The notes beneath the pieces are model-generated. The model made no database searches. It saw only the letters and a list, made by a program, of their open reading frames with translations, and was not told the origin of the DNA. Positions 8,893 through 17,371 of a stretch of 64,000 nucleotides of DNA are shown piece by piece (position 1 is the first letter of the stretch; every line of letters begins with the position of its first letter). Source of the DNA: Nannocystis sp. SCPEA4 (GTDB lineage Bacteria > Myxococcota_A > Polyangia > Nannocystales > Nannocystaceae). The stretch is taken from assembly GCF_026626685.1 (NCBI RefSeq), contig NZ_JAPNJX010000021.1, positions 41,329 through 105,328 on the forward strand, read 5' to 3'. The position numbers and the translations under genes were made by a program.

Positions 8893-9867
8893 ATGCGAGA
8901 GACAGCAGAGACGAGCGCCGAACCATGGGCGACGCTTTTGGTCCAGCTCCGCGGCCGGTCCGAGGACGACGGCGCGAGTGGTGGCATCGACCCCACGGAG
9001 CTGGCGGAGGCGTCGGAGCGGCTCGAGGCGCTGGCGACGCTCATCGCCGAGGACCCGCGCGCCGCGGGCGTCGAGACGCGTGACGCGTCCACCCTCGGCA
9101 GTCGGTGCGAGATCCCCGAGCTGACGATTTACACCACCCCCGACGGCCTCGAGGGCCTCGTCGCCGAGGTCGAGCGCCTCGCCGCCGAGCTGCGCCTGGC
9201 GCTGCGGCTGACCCCGGCGGTCCGCACCGACGACGACTGGCGCGACACGTGGAAGCAGTTCTACGCGCCGCTGGTGTTCGCGGCCGCGAGCACGACGCTG
9301 CTGGTGCGGCCGAGCTGGATCGATCGCAAGGACGGCGACCCCGAGCTCGAGCTGGTCCTCGATCCCGGCCGCGCGTTCGGGACCGGACAGCACGAGACGA
9401 CGCGGCTCTGCCTCGAGGTGCTGGTGGCCCTGGCCGAGGCCGGCGTCCGCCCCGACCGCGTGCTCGACCTGGGCTGCGGCTCGGGGATCCTGGCCCTCGC
9501 GGCGGCACGGCTGTTCCCGCGGGCCGCCGTGGTCGCCGCCGACAACGACCCCGACGCCGCCGACACCGCCGCCGAGAACGCCGCCGCCAACGCGCTCGAG
9601 GACCGGCTCGAGATCCGGGCCGCGACCGTACTGGAACTTTCGGACAGCTTCGATCTGATCCTCGCCAACATCCGCCCGGGCGTGCTGATCCCGATCGCCG
9701 GCGAGGTCGCCCGTCGCCTCGCGCCCGGCGGGACGGTGGTCCTGAGCGGCGTGCTCGGCGAGGAGGCCGAGGCGGTGCTCGCGGCCTACGCGGCGGCGGG
9801 CCTCGGGCCGGTCGATCGCCGCGACCTCGCCGAGTGGTGCGCGCTGGTGCTGCGGGCCAGCCGATGA
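8893..9867 (+). CDS. prmA: Ribosomal protein L11 methyltransferase
   Basis: PrmA architecture: WKQFYAPLVF...RPSW...LDPGRAFGTGQHETTRLCLE...VLDLGCGSGILALAAARL...DNDPDA. Confidence 0.8.
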   Translation: MRETAETSAEPWATLLVQLRGRSEDDGASGGIDPTELAEASERLEALATLIAEDPRAAGVETRDASTLGSRCEIPELTIYTTPDGLEGLVAEVERLAAELRLALRLTPAVRTDDDWRDTWKQFYAPLVFAAASTTLLVRPSWIDRKDGDPELELVLDPGRAFGTGQHETTRLCLEVLVALAEAGVRPDRVLDLGCGSGILALAAARLFPRAAVVAADNDPDAADTAAENAAANALEDRLEIRAATVLELSDSFDLILANIRPGVLIPIAGEVARRLAPGGTVVLSGVLGEEAEAVLAAYAAAGLGPVDRRDLAEWCALVLRASR

Positions 9868-10553
9868 GCACGCGGGTGTTCGTCGGCGCGCCGGCCGATC
9901 CGGCGCACGTGCTGCTCGACGCCGGCGAGTCGCACTACCTCCGCCGCGTGCGGCGGGTGGCCGACGGCGCGACGATCGACGCGATCGACGATCGCGGCGG
10001 CCTGTGGACCGCCGAGGTCGTCAGCGGCGACGCGCGCGGCACGGTGGTGCGCCTCGTGACCGAGCGGGCGGTGCCGCAGCCGGCCCGCGAGGTCGTGGTC
10101 CTGCTCGGGATGCCGGAGCCGGCCGCGGTGCTCGACCTGTTGCCGGGGTTGTGCGAGCTCGGGGTCGCCGAGGTCGTGCTGGTCCGCTGCGCCCGTAGCC
10201 AGGGCGCGGCACCCGGCGCCGACCGGATCGCGCGGGTGCTGCGGGCGGCGCAGCGGCAGTGCGGGCGGCCGCGCGGGCCCGCGATCTCGGGCCCCGTGGA
10301 TCTCCGTGAGGCGACGACCCGGCGCGCCGACCTCCCGGGTTTGTTCGCGTGGGAGGAGTTGCGCGCGACATCGAGCGATGCACTGATCGTCAGCGCCGGT
10401 GCGCGCGTGTGCGTCGGCCCCGAGGGCGGCTTCACCCCCGACGAGGCGAGCGCCCTGCTCGCCGCGGGCTTCCGCGCGCTCAGCCTCGGGCCCTACACGC
10501 TGCGCACCGAGACCGCGGCGCTGGTCGCTGTCGCTCGCGTCATGTTCGCGTGA
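9864..10553 (+). CDS. rsmE: 16S rRNA (uracil1498-N3)-methyltransferase RsmE
   Basis: ATGA start/stop overlap with prmA. RsmE N-terminal PUA-like domain and C-terminal SPOUT motifs: VCVGPEGGFTPDE, LSLGPYTLRTETAAL. Confidence 0.75.
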   Translation: MSTRVFVGAPADPAHVLLDAGESHYLRRVRRVADGATIDAIDDRGGLWTAEVVSGDARGTVVRLVTERAVPQPAREVVVLLGMPEPAAVLDLLPGLCELGVAEVVLVRCARSQGAAPGADRIARVLRAAQRQCGRPRGPAISGPVDLREATTRRADLPGLFAWEELRATSSDALIVSAGARVCVGPEGGFTPDEASALLAAGFRALSLGPYTLRTETAALVAVARVMFA

Positions 10554-10589
10554 GCGGCCGCGCGGGGACCGGCCGGGAGGCCCGGGGCC

Positions 10590-11189
10590 GTGATATGGTG
10601 CGCGCCGATGGCGTTTTGGACTCGCAAGGAGCGACCCGCCCCGTGTCCGAGCTGCGACGCGGCGCTGGACATCGGTCTCGTCAAGGACGGGAGCCCGACG
10701 TGCCCCGCGTGCGGGCAAGCGCTGGTGCCGGTGCGCGTCGCCGGCTTCTGGCGCCGCCTCGCGGCCGCGCTGGTCGACGCGGCGCTCCTGCTGGTGACGG
10801 CCGGCCCGCTGCACCTCGGCCTGCAGCGCGTGCTCGGCCAGCCGAGCCCGGTGCGCGGCGGGTTCTCGTGGGCCGGCCTGCTGCAGCTGCTCACCGTCGA
10901 CCCGCTCGAGATCCTCGTGTGGTTCGCGCCGCTGCTGGTGATGGTCGCGCTGTACTTCGTGCTGTTCATCGCCCTGTCCGGAAGGACACCCGGGCAGAAG
11001 CTCACCGGGATCCGCGTGGTCCACCGCGCCGGCGGCAAGGTCGGTCCGGTGCGCGCGACGGTGCGGTTCGCGGGCACCGCCGTCGGCCTGGTGCCCGGCG
11101 GCCTCGGCTCGCTGTGGATGGCCTTCGACCGCGAGAAGCGGGCCTTCCACGACTACCTGACAGGCACCTACGTCGTGAGGGAACAGTGA
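10590..11189 (+). CDS. RDD family membrane protein with N-terminal zinc ribbon
   Basis: CPSCDAAL...CPACGQAL zinc-ribbon. RDD domain with WRRLAAALVDAALL...RTPGQKLTGIRVV...FHDYLTGTYVV. Confidence 0.65.
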   Translation: MIWCAPMAFWTRKERPAPCPSCDAALDIGLVKDGSPTCPACGQALVPVRVAGFWRRLAAALVDAALLLVTAGPLHLGLQRVLGQPSPVRGGFSWAGLLQLLTVDPLEILVWFAPLLVMVALYFVLFIALSGRTPGQKLTGIRVVHRAGGKVGPVRATVRFAGTAVGLVPGGLGSLWMAFDREKRAFHDYLTGTYVVREQ

Positions 11190-14100
11190 GCCTCCTCCTG
11201 CGCCACCTCGAAGCCAACGGTCCGCTGTCGCGCGCCGATCTCGAGGCCGCGAGCCGGCGGCAACAACAGGCCGGCGGCAGCCTCGACACCGCGATCCTCG
11301 AGCTCGGCCTGATGACCCCGCTCGCGCTCGACGCCCTGCTGCAGAGCGCCTGCGGCCTCCCGGGCGCGCCGGTGCGGCTGCTCGAGCGCGGACCGACCCG
11401 TCCCTGGGAACATGTCCCGAGAGACCTGGTCGACATCGGCTGGGCCATGCCCCTCGCGGCCGAGGAGGGGCGCCTGATCGTCGCCGTCCACCCCGACCTG
11501 CCCGACGCCAAGCTCGGCCAGCTGTACCGCCTGATCCGCGGCTTCTACCCGGTGGTCGCGCCCGAGTGCTGCCTGGCCAAGGTCGCCGTCGAGCGCACCG
11601 GCGCCATCCTGGCCCCGCGCTACGCGTTGATCCTGCTCGACTACCTCGAGGCGCTGCGCAGCACGACCCCCACGGTCCACCTGCCCGCCTCGGACGCGCC
11701 GCTCCAGGACATACCTGTCCCGGCGGACAGGCAGAACGCCGGCCCCCGCCCGGCCGCGATGTCGGGCCCGGCCGTGGCCGCGCGCGCCAGCACGACGCCT
11801 GTCTCTTCGGAGAGCAGCGGTGCGAGCTCGCCGGCGGCCGCGCCTGTCGCTTCGGACAGGGCCGAGACCGCTCACCCGTCCGCTGCGGCTGCAGCGGATG
11901 CCACGGCGCGAGCGCCGGAGCCGACCGCGGACAACAGCGGCGCGACGCCGGCCTCTGCCGACCTGGCCGCTCCGTCTGCGTCCGCGCCGCCCGCCTCGCC
12001 TTCACCTGTCCCTTCGGACAGCGGCGCGCCTGACCGCTCGGACAGCGGTCTCGAGCCCGGGCCCGCCGCTCCCCGCCCGACCGTCGCGCCTGACCGTTCG
12101 GACAGCACTGCCGAGGCTGCATCTGTCCCTTCGGGCAGCACCGCCGCCGACCCGGCTGCGCCGGCCCGTTCGCACAGCAGCGATGCCGCGGCCGCCTCCG
12201 AGCCTGTCTCTTCGGACAGCACAAGGGAGGTCGCCCCCCCCGCGGCCGTCGCCTCGGCTGCCCACGACCTCGGCGCGCCGCGCAGCAGCGCCGCGCAGGC
12301 CGAAGCGGACCGCTCCGCCGAACCGGCGAGCGGCCATCAACCTGTCTCCGAGGCCAGCACGGCGGCCCCGTCTTCGCCTGTCCTGAAGGACAGCCCGGCG
12401 AGCGAGCCCTCCGGCGCCCAGCCCGTCACGGGCGAGTCGACCACCGCCGCGTCCGAGCCGCGACCCGAGCCGGAGGCGCCCGCGCGAGCCGTATCTGTCC
12501 CTTCAGACAGGGCCGAAGAAGCAGCTCCGCGCGCCGCGACGTCGATCACCGACGCGCCTGCCCCCGAGCCCGCCCCCAGCCGGGCGACCGGGACCGCGCC
12601 GATGCCGATCGCCGCCGCCGTCGCCAACCGCCCGCCCGTCGGCATGGAGGCAGTCCCGGTGGCTCCCGACGCGCCGCTCGTCGCCCCGCGCGGCTTCGAG
12701 GGCTTCGGCGGCTCCTCGCTGTCGGGGCTGGCCATCGCTCCGGACACGCCACTCATCATCTTGCCGCCGGAGGGCGCCGCCCCGGAACGCACCGGCCCCG
12801 CCAAGTTCGCGGTCAGGGAGACCGCGGCGTGGCCGGCCGCCGCCCGCGAGCGGCCCAGCCAGAGCCCGCCGTTCGAGCGCCCGGCCGTGGCCCCCGCCTC
12901 GGACCGGCCTTCGCCTGTCTCTTCGGACAGCCTCGCGCCCGCCCCGGCCGCACACGGCCCGAGCAACGGCGTCGCCCATCCGGCGGCTGCCGCCGCCGCC
13001 GCTCCGATCACACCTGTCCCGACGGCCAGCTCGCGCCCGGCCGACCCGGCCCAGGATGCACCTGTCTCTTCGGCCAGCCATGGGATGGTCGAGTCGTCGT
13101 CCCGCAAGCCGCCGCCGCCGCCGCAGCCGATGGTCATGACCCTGGCGCAGCGGCTCGACGCCGCCCGGGCGACGCTGGCGACCGCGCGCGAGCGCGACCG
13201 GATCACCGAGGCGCTGGTGCGCGCGGCCTCATTGGTCGCCCCCCGCGTGGCCCTGTTCGGGGTCAAGCGCGAGGGTCTGCGCGTCCTGGCCGCGCCCGGC
13301 AGCGCCCTGCAGCTGGCCGAGGGCGTCGTGCTCGCCTTGCCCGAGGGCGGCCTGCTCGATCGCGCCGTCACCGGCCAGGGCCCGCTGCACCTGCTGGCCG
13401 AGCCGAGCCTGTCGTCCGCGGTGGGTCAGCCGCTCGGGATCCCCTGCATCTTCGAGCCGGTCCTCGCCGGCGGCCGCACCGTCCTGATGCTCTACCTCGA
13501 CCGGGCCGGCGTCGCCTTCGATCCGCGCGAGCGGACCGTCCTGCGCGAGCTGTGCGACACCGCGAGGCAGAGCCTCGAGGCCCTGCTCCGGCTGCTCGGA
13601 TGGGTCGTGCCCGGCGGCACGCCCGGAGCGGGTCCGGCCGATCGCTCGCGCCCGGCCGTGCGACCGCACCTGGCGACGCCGGTGGTCACGGTCGACGAGA
13701 CCGACGCCGCGAGCACGGACGACGCCGAGGACAGCGCGCCGCAGGTCGCCGCGGCGGCCCCGGCCGAGCCCACCCCCGAGGCCGAGGAGCCCGAGGCACC
13801 GCTGCCCCCCGCGGGCGGCACCATCGAGCCCGGCTTCGGTGACAGCGCCTCGACCAGCCGCTCGCGCGGCCGCGGCAACAACCGCGGGCGCGCGGTCATC
13901 ACGCTGAAGAACCCGATCCGGCGCGACGAGCTGTCGACCGTGACCCCGCTGCCGGTCCGCCCCGAGAGCTCCGCGGCCACGCGCGCGCCGACGCTGGTGC
14001 TCGAGGATGCGCCCACCGACGCCGACGCCGACGCCGACGAGTCCGGCGGGCTGGACGCCGCCGAGCTCGAGCGCGAAGAAGAAGAGGACCGCCGCGACGG

Positions 14101-16258
14101 GCCCGGCCTCGGGCTCGCGCCGGTGCCGGTGCCGCTCGGCCCCGAGGGCGGGGACAGCCCGCTGGTCGCCCGCTTCGCCGCCCTCTACTCCAAGCCGCTG
14201 CCGTCGGTCACCATCGACCTGTCCGATCGGCCCAATACTTTCGGACATGCGCGTAACGACATGTCCTCCGCGCCAGCCGAGAGCGGGCCCGACATGCCCG
14301 GCTGGATCGCCGACTCCGAGGCCTCGGGCATCGAGGATCCGCTGCCGGTGGCGGACGCGCTGCGGACCGCGGGCCTGGCCGCCGGCGCCGAACGGGGCCT
14401 CGACCTCGATCCCGCCGCGACCTTGCCGGGCGCGCCGCGGGTCGTCCTCGACGAGGCCACGCGGGCCCGGGCCGCCGCGCCCGACCCCGAGTTCGACGCC
14501 TGGCCGCGCGCCGCCTCCGACACGCCGACGGTCCTCGACCTCTCGCCGCCGCCGGCCCACGAGCCGCCGATGGTGGAGACGCGCGCGACACCCGACGCCA
14601 AGACGGTCCTCGACATCCCGCCGCTCGATCCCACGGTCCCGCCGTCGACGCTGATCCCCAACCTGATCGCCCCGCCCGGCACCCCGGGCGCCGGCCGCCG
14701 CCGTCGCACGCCCGCGCCGGTCGAGGACGAGCCGGTGCTCGTGATCCCGAAGACCCTGCGGCGCCAGGGCGGGCTCACGGCCACCCCGCACCCGATGGCG
14801 CGCCGCAGCGATCCGAGCGGCGAGGACAGCACGGCCACGCTGTCGATACCGACCACGCTGATCGGCCCGCGCAGCGGTCGGCGCCGCGGCAAGCAGGAGC
14901 CGCGCTCCGAGGCCTCCTCGAGCGCGCTCAGCATGCCGCGGCTGGTGCGCGAGCCGGGGACGGACGACGCGTCCGATGATCCGGCCAGCGCCTCGACCTC
15001 CCGCGGGGCCATCCGGCATGCCCCCGACGACTCGGCCAGCGCCTCGACCTCCCGCGGCGCCACGCGGCATGGCCCCGACGACTCGGCCAGCGCCTCGACC
15101 TCCCGCGGCGCCATCCGCCGCGGCCCCGACGATTCGGCCGGCGCCTCGACCTCCCGCGGCGCCATCCGACTCGGCCCCGACGATCCGGCCAGCGCCTCGA
15201 CCTCTCGCGGCGCCATCAAACATGTCCTTGAGGACATGCCCGCCGCGACCGGTCCCGAGGAGCAGGTCGCCAAGGACAGCCCGACTCCGGCCCCCGCCCC
15301 CGCCGAGGACCTGGCTGCCGAGGAGCCCGAGGCGACCAGCGCCGACGCGGTCGCGCAGGCGGCCCTCAGCGACGACGAGATCGACGCGATCATCGAGGTC
15401 TTCCTGCAGAACCCGGCCGAGTGGACCAGCGTGTCGCGGCTGCGGGCGCTCGACCAGCGCGGCCTGGCCCGCCTGGCCGCGCGCTTCCCCGGACCGATCG
15501 ACCTGGCGAACGCGACCAACTTCCCGCCGCCGAGCGCCCACGGCCCGCTGCTGCGCGCCTGCGTCGAGCTCGGGCACGCGGTCAGCCCGCACATCCTGGC
15601 GCTGTTCGCCAGCGTGCGGCCGCAGATCCGCTTCTACGCCGCGTTCCTGTTCCAGGAGCTGCGCGACCCCCGGTGCCTGCGCCCGCTCGGCGAGCTCGCG
15701 TTCGACACCGACCCCGACGTGCGCCTGATCGCCACCCGCGTGCTCGAGTCGTACAGCCGCGTGCCCGACTTCGTCGCGGTCGCCGCCGAGATCCGCGAGG
15801 AGCTCGAAAGCCGCGACCGCGACCGCCAGCTGCTCGCGGTCGAGGCCGCCGGCACGCTACGCGACACCCTCGCCGTGCCGCGGCTGATCGACCTCCTGGC
15901 CGTGCGCGACAAGCACGTCCGCGAGGCCGCGCTCGAGGCCCTGTGCTCGATCACCGCCAAGCACCACGGCTACCGCGCCGCCCGCTGGCGCGCCTGGTAC
16001 GCCGAGCACGGCCACGAGCCGCGCATCGAGTGGGTCATCGACGGCCTGCGCCACCGCGACGAGGCCGTCCGCCGCTGGGCCGCCGACGAGCTGGCGCGGA
16101 TCACCGGCCAGCGGATCCCGTTCCCCGCCGAGGGCGACCGCCGCAGCCGCGACCTCGCCCTGCGCGCCTGGCAGGCCTGGTGGGACAGCAACCGCGAGGA
16201 CTTCACGCCGGCAGCCGAGGCCCGCCCCGGCGATGCACCGGCCGCCGGCGAGGACTGA
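11186..16258 (+). CDS. Giant (1690 aa) multidomain protein: GspE-N-like N-terminus, Pro/Ala/Ser low-complexity core, C-terminal HEAT repeats
   Basis: GTG start overlaps the RDD stop (GTGA). N-terminus LLRHLEANGPLSRADLEAASRRQQQAGGSLDTAILELGLMTPLALDAL resembles the T2SS-E N-terminal domain. The C-terminus carries multiple HEAT/PBS-lyase-like repeats (VRLIATRVLES..., HVREAALEALCSI..., EAVRRWAADELARI). Confidence 0.6.
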   Translation: MSLLLRHLEANGPLSRADLEAASRRQQQAGGSLDTAILELGLMTPLALDALLQSACGLPGAPVRLLERGPTRPWEHVPRDLVDIGWAMPLAAEEGRLIVAVHPDLPDAKLGQLYRLIRGFYPVVAPECCLAKVAVERTGAILAPRYALILLDYLEALRSTTPTVHLPASDAPLQDIPVPADRQNAGPRPAAMSGPAVAARASTTPVSSESSGASSPAAAPVASDRAETAHPSAAAAADATARAPEPTADNSGATPASADLAAPSASAPPASPSPVPSDSGAPDRSDSGLEPGPAAPRPTVAPDRSDSTAEAASVPSGSTAADPAAPARSHSSDAAAASEPVSSDSTREVAPPAAVASAAHDLGAPRSSAAQAEADRSAEPASGHQPVSEASTAAPSSPVLKDSPASEPSGAQPVTGESTTAASEPRPEPEAPARAVSVPSDRAEEAAPRAATSITDAPAPEPAPSRATGTAPMPIAAAVANRPPVGMEAVPVAPDAPLVAPRGFEGFGGSSLSGLAIAPDTPLIILPPEGAAPERTGPAKFAVRETAAWPAAARERPSQSPPFERPAVAPASDRPSPVSSDSLAPAPAAHGPSNGVAHPAAAAAAAPITPVPTASSRPADPAQDAPVSSASHGMVESSSRKPPPPPQPMVMTLAQRLDAARATLATARERDRITEALVRAASLVAPRVALFGVKREGLRVLAAPGSALQLAEGVVLALPEGGLLDRAVTGQGPLHLLAEPSLSSAVGQPLGIPCIFEPVLAGGRTVLMLYLDRAGVAFDPRERTVLRELCDTARQSLEALLRLLGWVVPGGTPGAGPADRSRPAVRPHLATPVVTVDETDAASTDDAEDSAPQVAAAAPAEPTPEAEEPEAPLPPAGGTIEPGFGDSASTSRSRGRGNNRGRAVITLKNPIRRDELSTVTPLPVRPESSAATRAPTLVLEDAPTDADADADESGGLDAAELEREEEEDRRDGPGLGLAPVPVPLGPEGGDSPLVARFAALYSKPLPSVTIDLSDRPNTFGHARNDMSSAPAESGPDMPGWIADSEASGIEDPLPVADALRTAGLAAGAERGLDLDPAATLPGAPRVVLDEATRARAAAPDPEFDAWPRAASDTPTVLDLSPPPAHEPPMVETRATPDAKTVLDIPPLDPTVPPSTLIPNLIAPPGTPGAGRRRRTPAPVEDEPVLVIPKTLRRQGGLTATPHPMARRSDPSGEDSTATLSIPTTLIGPRSGRRRGKQEPRSEASSSALSMPRLVREPGTDDASDDPASASTSRGAIRHAPDDSASASTSRGATRHGPDDSASASTSRGAIRRGPDDSAGASTSRGAIRLGPDDPASASTSRGAIKHVLEDMPAATGPEEQVAKDSPTPAPAPAEDLAAEEPEATSADAVAQAALSDDEIDAIIEVFLQNPAEWTSVSRLRALDQRGLARLAARFPGPIDLANATNFPPPSAHGPLLRACVELGHAVSPHILALFASVRPQIRFYAAFLFQELRDPRCLRPLGELAFDTDPDVRLIATRVLESYSRVPDFVAVAAEIREELESRDRDRQLLAVEAAGTLRDTLAVPRLIDLLAVRDKHVREAALEALCSITAKHHGYRAARWRAWYAEHGHEPRIEWVIDGLRHRDEAVRRWAADELARITGQRIPFPAEGDRRSRDLALRAWQAWWDSNREDFTPAAEARPGDAPAAGED
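14976..15235 (+). repeat. Tandem 60 bp (20 aa) repeat x about 5 inside the giant protein
   Basis: Encodes DDSASASTSRGAIRHGP-like units repeated five times. Confidence 0.7.
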
Positions 16259-16274
16259 CCGCGCGCGACCGCAG

Positions 16275-16375
16275 CAGCCTGCGGTTCAGGACATGTCGTC
16301 CTGCACATGTCGCCGAGGACATGCGGTCAGTGACATGTGAAAAAGGACATGGCCTCACGGCCATGCCCTTTCAGT
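16275..16375. repeat. Array of about 6 (G)GACATG motifs in a convergent intergenic region
   Basis: aggacatgtcgtcctgcacatgtcgccgaggacatgcggtcagtgacatgtgaaaaaggacatggcctcacggccatgccc. Confidence 0.5.
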
Positions 16376-16391
16376 CATGGGGCCGCGCGGC

Positions 16392-17309
16392 TCAGAACTC
16401 GCCGACCACCGCGCCGCCGGTCTTCGGGCTGGCGATCTTGCCCATCTTGACCCTGTGAGGCTCCACGGGCGGCGGCGGCGGCTCCGGAGCGACGGCGATG
16501 TCGCCCATCAGCGCGGGCTGAGGCGGCGGCGGCGGCGCCGCGACCGGGACGGCTCCGCCCATCAGCGCCGGCGGGGGCGGCGGAGCGACGGCCGGCACCA
16601 CCGCCTGGCCCATCTGCAGCGGGGGCGGCGGCGGGGCGAAGCCGGGCTGCGGATCGCAGGGCTCCTTCACCTCCGGCATCGCCTCGCCCATCTTCACGTG
16701 CTCGACCGGCGGCGCCACCTTGCCCATCAGCTCCTCCGTCACCGGCGGCGGCGGCGGCGGCTGGGCCGGCTCCTCTGCGCCCATGACGAACGCCGGCGGC
16801 GGCGGCGGCTCGACGATCGGGGTCGGTGGTTTGACCTGATCACCGAGGTCGGCCACGTTGCGGCACACCTCGTGGCCGCGCGGGAAGTGCATCGTCGTGA
16901 ACGGCCCGGTCTGGACCTCGCAGCCGCCCTCGGGCGAGGGCTTGGCGTCGCGGGCCATGGTCTCGATGGCGATGTCGCCGAGGTCCTGGATCGCCGGGCC
17001 ATCGCCGTGCGGGGTGCAGGCCGCCAGCATCATCGCCGCGAAGGCCGTCCGCGCGGTGCGGAGGCGCGACACGGGGACCACGGGCGTGTCGCGGAACGCG
17101 ATCTGGCCGTCTTCCTGGTTCGAGTAGCGGACGCACAGGTGCTGGCCCTTGTTCGCCTCGAGGAGATCGGTGGCGGCCTGTCGGGTCATCGCCGAGAGGT
17201 TGTGCACGTGCTTGGCGCAGACATCGCAGAAGCGGCGCGCATCATCGCCGTGCATGGCGTCCCACGACTCGTGGCAGGGGCTCTTGATCTCGACGTTGCG
17301 ACTGTGCAT
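16392..17309 (-). CDS. Cys-rich N-terminal (putative zinc-binding) protein with poly-proline repeat tail
   Basis: SPCHESWDAMHGDDARRFCDVCAKHVHNLS Cys/His cluster. C-terminal repeats of PPPPP...LMG / ...MGK. Start chosen at MHSRNV; the upstream extension is Arg/Pro junk. Confidence 0.45.
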   Translation of the reverse strand: MHSRNVEIKSPCHESWDAMHGDDARRFCDVCAKHVHNLSAMTRQAATDLLEANKGQHLCVRYSNQEDGQIAFRDTPVVPVSRLRTARTAFAAMMLAACTPHGDGPAIQDLGDIAIETMARDAKPSPEGGCEVQTGPFTTMHFPRGHEVCRNVADLGDQVKPPTPIVEPPPPPAFVMGAEEPAQPPPPPPVTEELMGKVAPPVEHVKMGEAMPEVKEPCDPQPGFAPPPPPLQMGQAVVPAVAPPPPPALMGGAVPVAAPPPPPQPALMGDIAVAPEPPPPPVEPHRVKMGKIASPKTGGAVVGEF

Positions 17310-17371
17310 GGCGGCGGGACAACGCGCGTGTTCGGGGCCGGGTCTCCGGCGGGAGGCCGGCCCGGCGCGTC

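Noticed and set aside
9786-12224. 812 aa minus-strand ORF, and a similar one at 13229-15592
   Set aside because: Out-of-frame antisense readings of the giant plus-strand gene. Composition is R/P/G-rich with no motifs.
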